Source: an uncultured delta proteobacterium | Lineage (GTDB): Bacteria > Desulfobacterota > Desulfobacteria > Desulfobacterales > JAFDCJ01 | Assembly (NCBI GenBank): GCA_963769935.1 | Contig: CAVYNY010000004.1 | Location: forward strand, 1-64,000 | DNA length: 64,000 bases | Direction of reading: 5' to 3' | Part shown: piece after piece, positions 1-7,596 of the stretch | Layout of the letters: each line of letters starts with the position of its first letter | Position numbering within the stretch: position 1 is the stretch's first letter | The notes under the pieces: generated by a model | What the model was told of the DNA's origin: nothing | The model's input: only the letters and a program-made list of their open reading frames with translations | Databases searched by the model: none | Translations under genes and position numbers: made by a program

Positions 1-77
1 CCCAATCTGATAACACTATGTCATTCCATAATTTACGGCGTCGTGTTCTCATTGTCTCGCTCTCGGTCAATGGCTGT

Positions 78-99
78 TAGGGTGCACATAGGGTGTACA
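78..99. repeat. Tandem 11-bp direct repeat TAGGGTGCACA/TAGGGTGTACA, possible tyrosine-integrase arm-type site
   Basis: Repeat read directly. Function is inferred from resemblance to the paired GGGT(G/A)CA-type repeats near att junctions of integrative elements. Confidence 0.4.
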
Positions 100-110
100 C
101 CGGCAATCCT

Positions 111-408
111 CTACTCGGAGGGCAGAACACCCTTCTCCCTTAGATGTTGCTCGTACTCAACTCGTCCCATTGGGCAGTCGACAAGGTCATCAAACTGAGT
201 CCGCAGCAAGTGTAGTTGACGACTCATTCTTGGCAAGGAGTTGGTCACTAATTGTCCGGTAGTTGCGACCGCGGGAGAGCTTCGTGAACACAGCCGTTAG
301 ATGGCCATTGAACTCAAATACTAGGAAATCGTGGTCCCGATTCTTGGTCTGCAGGTGAAATCCCTTCCGCTGAAGAGAGCGGCGGATGTCATCCCGATCC
401 CGTGGCAC
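111..408 (-). CDS. HicA-like toxin (dsRBD-like mRNA interferase), one apparent frameshift near 229
   Basis: GTG at 408 gives MPRDRDDIRRSLQRKGFHLQTKNRDHDFLVF...TKLSRGRNYRTISDQLLAK. Removing one base continues as MSRQLHLLRTQFDDLVDCPMGRVEYEQHLREKGVLPSE* (TAG at 111-113). HicA-like size and pattern; lies next to a HicB-like gene. Confidence 0.65.
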
Positions 409-433
409 AAGGCAGACCGCAACCGTTCTACAG

Positions 434-865
434 CTAGGCGAATCGGAGGAGGAACGCCCGGCAACTGACCGCCTCCGCACTCAAGCGGTCAAGTGGGAGG
501 TCCGTCAGCAACTCAAGGGCGTCACGGGCTTCTGCATACAGGTCCAGAAGCGCCTCCTGCAACGTCGATCCGCTCCCGACCAGCGACCAGCGCGGATGAC
601 GTACATAAACGGCTCCATTGTCCAATTCCAGAAGGAAGCGCTCCCCATACACTGACAGCGCAGGGGGGCGGTAGGTGACCCTGGTCACACGTGGATCAGA
701 CGACGCGGAACTCTCGTGAATCGAAACGGTCCACATCACGCCCCTCGATGTTGACACCGCCGGTCGAACTGAAGCCACCGTGTTGCGACCCGTACCGCGT
801 TGCCGCAATGGCCTACGGCCCGGCCCGATCACCGCATTATTACCGGTATCAACTGCGGGGGCCAC
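434..865 (-). CDS. HicB-like antitoxin (start codon uncertain)
   Basis: C-terminal LELDNGAVYVRHPRWSLVGSGSTLQEALLDLYAEARD matches the HicB partial RNase H pattern (beta-beta...GxTxxEAL-helix). Confidence 0.6.
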   Translation of the reverse strand: MAPAVDTGNNAVIGPGRRPLRQRGTGRNTVASVRPAVSTSRGVMWTVSIHESSASSDPRVTRVTYRPPALSVYGERFLLELDNGAVYVRHPRWSLVGSGSTLQEALLDLYAEARDALELLTDLPLDRLSAEAVSCRAFLLRFA

Positions 866-1242
866 GCTTTGCCTTTGCCTTCTTTGCCGCGCCGCCCTTC
901 GCGTCGGTCAGCTTTGCAACTGCTCCCCGAGCCGTGAGCGCCGCCTTGCCTTGGGTGGTAAGGAACGTTCCAACTCGTTGAGCCACTTCAGGGGACATGA
1001 CGATGGTTGCCAACACCGTTCTCGTGAAGTCGGACCGCCTCACCTGTTCGCCCTCGCCTCCGGCTCTGCCGTCCTCTTGAACAGGCAGGACCACGATATC
1101 AGGCACGCTGACGAACTCTGAATAGAGGTGCGCCACCACGGAGGACCCGTCCGGAGCCGGCCCACCGTATGCCCCGCCCACGGGAAGCATTCGGGGTGCT
1201 CTCCGGTCGGTCGTACACAATCTTGACTTGCTTCTCGGCCAT
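849..1242 (-). CDS. DUF3467-like small beta/alpha protein, apparent frameshift near 1195
   Basis: ATG at 1242 after AAAGGGGG gives MAEKQVKIVYDRPESTP, then shifts into MLPVGGAYGGPAPDGSSVVAHLYSEF...RTVLATIVMSPEVAQRVGTFL. The GAxGG and IVMSPxxA motifs are typical of DUF3467-type proteins. Confidence 0.55.
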
Positions 1243-1580
1243 ATGGTCGCGGCCCCCTTTCCACCATCCTAGAATCGGCAGAACCCCTACTTGACTGTTT
1301 ACCGATCCGCCCAGACCGCCGCAATCCCGCACATCAGCCAAGGGGCACGGTCGTTTGCGTTGAATCGCCGTCGGGCCAACGGTACGTCGGTCGGCCAAGC
1401 CTCGCAGTCCCGGCAACCCTGCCCGGCAGCCGGGACCGAGCCCGGCGAAGCGAGGCGCTACATGTACATCCGACACTGCAGTATACCCCAGAGGTTCCGC
1501 CGGGGACAGGCGGGTCTACGGCGGACCGTCGAGGCGGCCTCATCGTCGGGGCAGCCCTTTCGCATCCAGACGACGGGAAC

Positions 1581-1641
1581 GGGTCCGGCGCCGGCCGTAC
1601 CGCGCAACAGCCAGCGGCGTACCATGCGCGACCCCGGACCC
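1581..1641 (-). repeat. Structured repeat copy 1 (GGGTCCGG...CCGGACCC)
   Basis: Near-identical to 2132-2192. 8-bp terminal inverted repeat plus an internal 10-bp hairpin. Confidence 0.8.
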
Positions 1642-1766
1642 TCAGCCGAAGATGGTTGTTGGGTGACATCCGCCGACTCATATTGGAATCGGCGTTGCAC
1701 GGCGTGGCAAGGCAAGGCACCGCGAGGCAGGCAGTCAACCAACTACCTGTGCTCAAGGAGCAAACC

Positions 1767-2036
1767 ATGACGTACAACGCCAGTCGGGGCGGACACGCCC
1801 CCGGGCACCTTCGCGATGCGTTCCTCGAATGGCTCGAGGAGCCGTCGCAGGAAAAGGTGCCGGTCGGATGGGATGAGGTGCAGAGGCCCGTGCGTTGGAT
1901 TCTCGGCCAACTCTGGAATTGCACCGACATCCTGCCGAGCATGGCATACGAGCAGGTGAGATGCCTGCTCCCTGATGAGCCGGACTTCCGGCGAACGTAT
2001 GCCACAGCAGCCCGGCGTCTAGCGGCAACGCTCTGA
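1767..2036 (+). CDS. Hypothetical 89-aa phage/MGE protein
   Basis: AAGGAG RBS before ATG 1767. MTYNASRGGHAPGHLRDAFLEW...GQLWNCTDILP has protein-like composition and is followed by a hairpin. Confidence 0.7.
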   Translation: MTYNASRGGHAPGHLRDAFLEWLEEPSQEKVPVGWDEVQRPVRWILGQLWNCTDILPSMAYEQVRCLLPDEPDFRRTYATAARRLAATL

Positions 2037-2042
2037 CGTCGC

Positions 2043-2086
2043 AAAAGGGAGGGCGGTCCCTTTCGAGGGGGCGCCCTTCCGCTTTC
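2043..2086. terminator. GC-rich hairpin with TTCG loop, probable (possibly bidirectional) terminator
   Basis: AAAAGGGAGGGCGGTCCCT-TTCG-AGGGGGCGCCCTTCCGCTTT lies just after the stop at 2036, between convergent genes. Confidence 0.5.
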
Positions 2087-2128
2087 ATGTTCACGAACAC
2101 TCTACTGAACACGCTGAACACGATTAGG

Positions 2129-2195
2129 GGCGGGTCCGGGCGCCGGCCGTACCGCACGGCCAGCGACGCACCACGCGCGAACCCCCGGACCCGCC
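2129..2195 (-). repeat. Structured repeat copy 2 (GGCGGGTCCGGG...CCCGGACCCGCC)
   Basis: 12-bp terminal inverted repeat; internal sequence aligns with 1581-1641. Confidence 0.8.
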
Positions 2196-2278
2196 TACCG
2201 GTACCACCCGAGCACCGGTAACTTTTCGGAACCGGTGGGACCAATTGGTCCCAAACCATTCCCGACGTCGGGACCCGG

Positions 2279-2485
2279 TCAACGTTCCGAGTCTCGGTTG
2301 ATCGCGCAGCCGCAGGCCCGGCACGTCCATTGCCCGAGATAGACACGATCAGGGACCGGCCGACGGCACGAGCACGACAGAGGCGGACCCGGCGCCTCCC
2401 GCCACGATGCCGCCTTTGTGCCGGCTTCCCGCGCCGACTCGGCGGCCAGCCGGGCGGCCAGCGCACGGAGACCTTTCATCTCCAT
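2279..2485 (-). CDS. Small hypothetical protein with possible Zn ribbon
   Basis: M(EM)KGLRALAARLAAESARE...CSCRR...WTCRACG; starts right after the upstream stop at 2487. Confidence 0.5.
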   Translation of the reverse strand: MEMKGLRALAARLAAESAREAGTKAASWREAPGPPLSCSCRRPVPDRVYLGQWTCRACGCAINRDSER

Positions 2486-2486
2486 C

Positions 2487-2726
2487 TTAGGAGCCCGCCA
2501 GCTCGGCCAGAACGGCCGCAACTTCGGCAGCGAGCCGTGGCGGAATCTCGCACCCGCGGTCAACCCTTTCCCAGCACTCGCGGTCGCTTTCATAGCCGGC
2601 CGTCACGGCGAAGCGCACCGCCTCGCCGTCCGCGTTCACCCACCGCGCGACCCGGATGCAGCGGCCCGCTCCCGCCGGCAGCTCGCGCACGTCGAGCGTA
2701 AACGTCGTCGTCGTGGAGTCCGTCAT
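2487..2726 (-). CDS. Hypothetical 79-aa protein
   Basis: ATGA overlap with the upstream ORF; beta-rich body ending in an amphipathic helix (IPPRLAAEVAAVLAELA). Confidence 0.6.
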   Translation of the reverse strand: MTDSTTTTFTLDVRELPAGAGRCIRVARWVNADGEAVRFAVTAGYESDRECWERVDRGCEIPPRLAAEVAAVLAELAGS

Positions 2727-2911
2727 GGCTCGACCCCGTGGCGCTCCATGCGGCGAAGCGCCTCACCTAACGCGTCGATCGCATCCCAGGCATCACGCTC
2801 CTGGTCGCGCAGATCGGTGTTCTCAGCGACTCGTTCCAGCGCCCAGATGATGGAGCGGATGCCGTTCACTGCGAAGTCCACTTGCGTCCGTATCTTCGCT
2901 TCCGGCGTCAT
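2723..2911 (-). CDS. Hypothetical 62-aa helical protein
   Basis: GGGGAGG RBS upstream of ATG 2911; translationally coupled to the next ORF. Confidence 0.65.
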   Translation of the reverse strand: MTPEAKIRTQVDFAVNGIRSIIWALERVAENTDLRDQERDAWDAIDALGEALRRMERHGVEP

Positions 2912-3054
2912 CGTTCAGCCCTCCCCTTCTCTTGGGTCATATGTGCTGTTGGGACGGGCGCCCGGCACCCGAGTTAAACCGGAACGCCCGCCCCGCGCGT
3001 CGGCGCCTGCAAGCGGCGTTATGAACACCACGAGACGCGCGCGCCATTACACCA

Positions 3055-3685
3055 TCACCTCGCCAGCGATCGGGAGCCGGGCGGGTTCGTGATTCTGCGC
3101 GCGGACCAGAATGGCGCCGTGGGCAGTTTCCGTGCACCGTCCAACGACGCTCCCGTTTCGGGCATGGCCAGCAACCGGCTCCCCCGCTTGCGGGGCCGCG
3201 CCTTCCTGAGCTGCACCGCGCCATCAGCGCGACGCTCAAAGAGCGCGACGGTGGATGTCAAACCGTCCGGGCGACGGGCGAAGTCGAGCAGGCGCGGCGG
3301 CGGCGGCGGGAAGTTCAGGGGCCTGCTACCGTTGCCTGCGCGGGCCGCGGCGCCCTTGCCGGTCGTCCACGAGATGATTTGCGCGTCGGAGTTCGCGGGA
3401 ACCGCAACCAGACTCAGCTCCAGCCAATGCCAGCGGCGGAACCGTTGCCCACCGCCTGGCAGCGGGTCGGTGAATTCGGGAAGCGGCCGGAAGCCAATGG
3501 ACAATGCGACCAGGCGCGCGCGCACCGACTGCCACGCGAGATCCAGCCGATCCTTCAGCGTCCCGGGTTCATCGACCCGGGCAATCTCGGCGACAACCCG
3601 GATCCCCGCGGCCGTCGCCAATGCTTCGATGACGTGGCCGACGGCCGGCTCGTCGCTCCTGTGCTGCCAGAGCAGCGGCACGCCA
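3055..3685 (-). CDS. HK97-family phage prohead serine protease, N-terminus truncated at the junction
   Basis: Hallmark motifs PLLWQH, LSIGF and WLELSLVAVPAN..AQI. Confidence 0.85.
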
Positions 3686-3986
3686 GATCAAATTCCCCCT
3701 CTCTGAATCCGGAATGATACACATCGATACCCGGATAGGTGCCCACCTGGTCTTGAATTCCCAGTTCCTCCCAGCCGTACATCATTTCCATCTCTGGGTT
3801 CACCAGTGCTACCTGACATCCTGCCAGACCAAATCCAATGGAATAAAGAGATCCGGCAGCTTTAGCACCATGGCTCGGCATTTCGACAACCCGTTTGAGA
3901 CCCAGCTCTTTGGTCATAATTTTATGCAACTGCAAAAGCACATAACGATCGTAGGTTACCCCAAAGACTTCGACTTCTTTTTTCAT
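3686..3986 (-). CDS. Probable class I SAM-dependent methyltransferase-like protein, C-terminus truncated at the junction
   Basis: MKKEVEVFGVTYDRY...YHSGFREGEFDL resembles the 'pF.dgsFD' methyltransferase motif. The frame then runs into GC-rich foreign DNA. Confidence 0.55.
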
Positions 3987-4193
3987 AGAAACCTTTTCAT
4001 GTTTTTTCACCACGGACGCACGGAGAGCACAGAGAAGGAAATATTTTATCCAAATCGAAGTCAGCCGTCGCTGAAGATATGGCTCGACAGGAACGATTTG
4101 GATCAATCCTCAACTGCCTCGAAGCAGTATTTTTACAGAATACTTCTGCAAACACGTTCAGTTCGATAAGGCAAAAAATCTCAATCAATCCTC

Positions 4194-4235
4194 TAACTCA
4201 ATAAACTCAATTAACCAAATTAACTCAATAAACTC
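4194..4235. repeat. 9-nt periodic tract (W)AACTCAAT x~5
   Basis: TAACTCAAT AAACTCAAT TAACCAAAT TAACTCAAT AAACTC. Confidence 0.85.
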
Positions 4236-4239
4236 CCCT

Positions 4240-5226
4240 TTACACCCACCCCTGTTCCTTGTACCACGCCACCGTTTCTTTAAGTCCTTCCTCTGGATCT
4301 ACCTTTGGATAAAATCCAAGCTCCCTTTCTGCCTTTTCAATTGAAAAAACGCGATCTGCCAGAGTCGACTCTATGTTTTTACGGGAAACCGGCGGGACTT
4401 TTCCGAATAGGGGAAATAGTTTTTCCGCAAGCGATGCAATGGCAAGTGCCGTCCACTCCGGCACATATAGCGGTAATCTTTTTACTCCCAACGCATTTTG
4501 AAGAATTTTTCTCAGATCATCAAAGGGCAGGGAGTTTCGGTTGGTTAGAAGGTAGACATCTCCGATCCGGCCTTTTTCGGCAGCCAATAAAAGCCCTCTT
4601 ACCGCATCCTCCACATGAATCAGAGGCGTCAGCTTCGGCCTGTTTCCGATCTTGGGAAACAGGCCTTTTTTAGCCAGGCGAGTGAGCCTGAGAATATCGC
4701 GCGGATCTCCGGGACCGTAAACCATCGAAAATCGGACGATGACAGCCGGTAGATTTTGATCCCTGACCAAGCCCAGCACCTGGTGTTCGGCTTTCAGTTT
4801 GCTGCGGCCGTAGGCATGATGCGGATTGCATAAGCTTTCTTCGGTTGCCGGGACATCTTCACAGATGCCCATGGCCGCCACCGTGCTGCAGTGAACAATG
4901 CGCCTCACGCCGCCCCTTAAACCCTCCTGCATGATGTTCAACGTTCCCTGAACATTGATCGCTTCAAACATGGATTCCGTCACCGTAAAATTGCTCATAT
5001 GACCTAGTGTGGCCATGTGAATAATCCGGTCTATACCGTCGGCGATGCCTTTAAGGGAATCCGCCCGGGTAATGTCGCCTTCGACCAGCTCAACTCCCGA
5101 TGCCTCCAGTAAATCCGTCTTGCTGCTGTTTCGCACCAGGCAGCGGCAGAAATGGCCTTCACTCACCAGTTTATTTATTAGATGGGGGCCTATAAAGCCG
5201 GTCGCTCCGGTTATTAGATACTTCAC
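4240..5226 (-). CDS. NAD-dependent epimerase/dehydratase (extended SDR)
   Basis: TGATGFIG Rossmann motif; YGRSK catalytic motif; VYGPGD. Confidence 0.93.
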   Translation of the reverse strand: MKYLITGATGFIGPHLINKLVSEGHFCRCLVRNSSKTDLLEASGVELVEGDITRADSLKGIADGIDRIIHMATLGHMSNFTVTESMFEAINVQGTLNIMQEGLRGGVRRIVHCSTVAAMGICEDVPATEESLCNPHHAYGRSKLKAEHQVLGLVRDQNLPAVIVRFSMVYGPGDPRDILRLTRLAKKGLFPKIGNRPKLTPLIHVEDAVRGLLLAAEKGRIGDVYLLTNRNSLPFDDLRKILQNALGVKRLPLYVPEWTALAIASLAEKLFPLFGKVPPVSRKNIESTLADRVFSIEKAERELGFYPKVDPEEGLKETVAWYKEQGWV

Positions 5227-5477
5227 TTATTTTCCTATAAATCCTGCCTGTTGCTAATGCGGCAATAATTATTTAGACATTCTTTATTATGATTACCTAT
5301 TCACCGCAGAGTCGCAAAGAGCGCAGAGAATATTTATTTTATTTTTGCCGTTGAGAGGACGGCAAACATAAAGGGTTATCTGCCATAAACGAAAAAATTA
5401 CCAATGAACCTATTAGTAAATGTGCGGCATATTGCTTCGGGTTCTTCCAAGAAAAATACGACTAAAACCCAGCCACT

Positions 5478-6152
5478 CTATATCCCGGTTATTTCCCTCC
5501 ACCAGTAAAAAATCCAGGCCCCATACTCTGCCAGCAGCCATCTGATTTGGCGGCCGTCTTTCCACCAGCTATGCGGGTCATAGGGATCGGTCTTGGCTGA
5601 AACCATGTAGATGGTGAGCTGTTTGCCAAACATTTTTTGCCAGATGAATTTTGCCCGACGGGTGTGGTACTTGCTTGTGGTAATAATAACGGTTGTCCAT
5701 TTTTTCTTGATCAGCTCACGGCCGACGGCATCGGCTTCACTAACCGTGTCGTAGGCATCTTCGATGCTGATCGGGATGATTTTATCATCGGGCACGCCGA
5801 ACATGGTCAGGATGCTGACTGAATCTGAATACCACGGACAGCAAGTTTTAAAGCCCTTGGCCTCTAAGTCGCGCAAAGTATCCGTTTTGCGATTACCGTT
5901 GATGACTATATTTTCAGTCAGTCCCCGGCGATAAAGGTCCGCCGCCTGGATCAGGCGCGGATAGAGCTCAATGTCAGTGTTGAGGACCACCACCGCGTCG
6001 GCGGAAGGTGCCTTGTCGTCTACAACGACCATGTCTCCCAGCATTCGAAAAAGGGCCCCGGAGATAACAATCACAAATACCATCAGCGCCAAAGGGGTCA
6101 GAACCCAGAGCGAGCGGTAAAAGGGAAATTTTTTTTGCGACATCGATGACAA
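5478..6152 (-). CDS. YdcF/DUF218 family protein
   Basis: N-terminal TM helix; ADAVVVL, DTVSEA, IITTSKYHTRRA and LAEYGA motifs. Confidence 0.88.
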   Translation of the reverse strand: MSSMSQKKFPFYRSLWVLTPLALMVFVIVISGALFRMLGDMVVVDDKAPSADAVVVLNTDIELYPRLIQAADLYRRGLTENIVINGNRKTDTLRDLEAKGFKTCCPWYSDSVSILTMFGVPDDKIIPISIEDAYDTVSEADAVGRELIKKKWTTVIITTSKYHTRRAKFIWQKMFGKQLTIYMVSAKTDPYDPHSWWKDGRQIRWLLAEYGAWIFYWWREITGI

Positions 6153-6158
6153 CCTTCA

Positions 6159-6264
6159 GGACACGGATGAACACGGATTCTTTGGATAAAATAATTTAAG
6201 CAACAATAGTATGTTTTTGAACCGATTCATTCTTACCTGTGTTTATCAGTGCCAATCCGTGTCC
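6159..6264. repeat. Miniature element bounded by inverted 9-nt-periodic arms
   Basis: GGACACGGAT (6159-6168) and ATCCGTGTCC (6255-6264) form a perfect 10-bp IR; arms are ACACGGAT-type repeats. Confidence 0.75.
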
Positions 6265-6286
6265 GAATATATTAGAGGTTTACTTT

Positions 6287-7423
6287 TTATCTGCTTTTTA
6301 GAATTTCACGCACAACTCGAAACAGGGAAGGGCCGTGCATTAATATGTTGGAATAGGTCTGGTTGGCCATGGGGCAATTACAGCGCCCCTCTCGGATATA
6401 AGCTCGCACTTTTTTGGCTTGGGCACTGTTCCAAAGCATTTTAAAATCATAATCATAGTCGCGCAGATTGCCCATGGGTTTATCGTAGCCCAAAGTGCAG
6501 CAGGCCCAGATATCTCCATAAGGCGTCATATGCACGTTGGAGATGCCGGCATAGCAGGGAATTACCTGGCGGTTTTCTTTTAAAATTCGAATGGCCAGAC
6601 TGTAGTAAACCAGACGAAAGGCATTGGTTATTTTTTGAAACAGGTTGCGATTGCGCATGTTTTGCCGGATCTGGCGCACAAATAACTCAATGGCTTTTTC
6701 ATACTGCGCCGGATGCGGTGTAATGTCATTTTGGGTGTTAAACATTTCAGATCTTTGCTCGGCGATTTCGTTGCGATAGCTGTCAACGCCCAGATTGGTC
6801 ACATATTGCGCTATCTCTTCCACATCATCAACATTCCAGCGGGAAATGACCGTACCCAGCTCCACATGGAAGTTGGGGTAATCGGATTGCATTTCTTTAA
6901 GGCGATGAAATATATCCAGTACTTTTTTAAAATTGCCCGGCACACCTCTGATCTCATCATGTCTGGATTCGATATGATCGAGGCTGGGCTTGATGGTCAA
7001 TTGCGTCCCGTTGCAGTTGGTTTTGAGGACTTCGAGAATTTCTCTTGTTTTACGCTCGATGCGCTCTTTGGCAATGGCATTGGTAGGGATATGGACTACA
7101 CCCGGAGACAGGTATTGACATGCGGCGGCGATGATTTCAGTGATATCGGATCTTAAAAACGGTTCACCGCCGCTGATATTAAACACATAAATATGTCCCA
7201 TGGAGCGAAATATCTTTTCGATTTCATCCAGGGTCAATTCTTCATGTCTTTTTTCGGGTTGGTTTTGGTAAAGCTCCCAAATATTGCAGGTCTTGCATCT
7301 GGACTGGCAAACATTGGTCACCGAAAAAGTTAAATTTATCGGCATTCCGGGCTGTACGAACCCCCGTCTTGCCAATCGATAGCGGAGCATTTTGGGAGCT
7401 AATTCTTTAATATAGTCCAGCAT
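6287..7423 (-). CDS. Radical SAM protein with SPASM/twitch domain
   Basis: CQSRCKTC (CxxxCxxC), GGEPFLR, and C-terminal CYAG...TPYGDIWACC...GNL...CNC. Confidence 0.93.
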   Translation of the reverse strand: MLDYIKELAPKMLRYRLARRGFVQPGMPINLTFSVTNVCQSRCKTCNIWELYQNQPEKRHEELTLDEIEKIFRSMGHIYVFNISGGEPFLRSDITEIIAAACQYLSPGVVHIPTNAIAKERIERKTREILEVLKTNCNGTQLTIKPSLDHIESRHDEIRGVPGNFKKVLDIFHRLKEMQSDYPNFHVELGTVISRWNVDDVEEIAQYVTNLGVDSYRNEIAEQRSEMFNTQNDITPHPAQYEKAIELFVRQIRQNMRNRNLFQKITNAFRLVYYSLAIRILKENRQVIPCYAGISNVHMTPYGDIWACCTLGYDKPMGNLRDYDYDFKMLWNSAQAKKVRAYIREGRCNCPMANQTYSNILMHGPSLFRVVREILKSR

Positions 7424-7596
7424 GTTTCCAATATCGTTAACTGGTTGTAATGTTTGAGATCGTCCCGGTTAAACAAAAGACAGAAAGGTTTAACCCCGAT
7501 GAAATAAGGGCAACAGAGATTTCATTGGGCAAGCGGGATAAATTTAGATCTTTGGAATAATTTCGCACGTCTGAGAAGAAGGCAGAAGTACTCCAT

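Noticed and set aside
1385..1460. HDV-like ribozyme (GGCGAA before a closing stem)
   Set aside because: I could not build the P1/P1.1/P3 nested pseudoknot with a proper L3; kept only as a generic structured element.
1581..2195. CRISPR array or integron attC sites
   Set aside because: Only two copies about 550 bp apart, no spacer periodicity, no RYYYAAC/GTTRRRY ends, and no cas or intI gene.
1040..3717. Long overlapping Arg/Ala/Pro-rich ORFs (e.g. 1334-2044, 1753-2466, 2418-3092, 3089-3706)
   Set aside because: Shadow frames expected in high-GC DNA; they overlap better-supported genes and show no motifs.
3555..4106. 183-aa ORF as one protein
   Set aside because: It is a hybrid: the N-terminus is translated repeat DNA (LCALRASVVK), the middle is the real gene from ATG 3986, and the tail is out-of-frame phage DNA beyond the junction.
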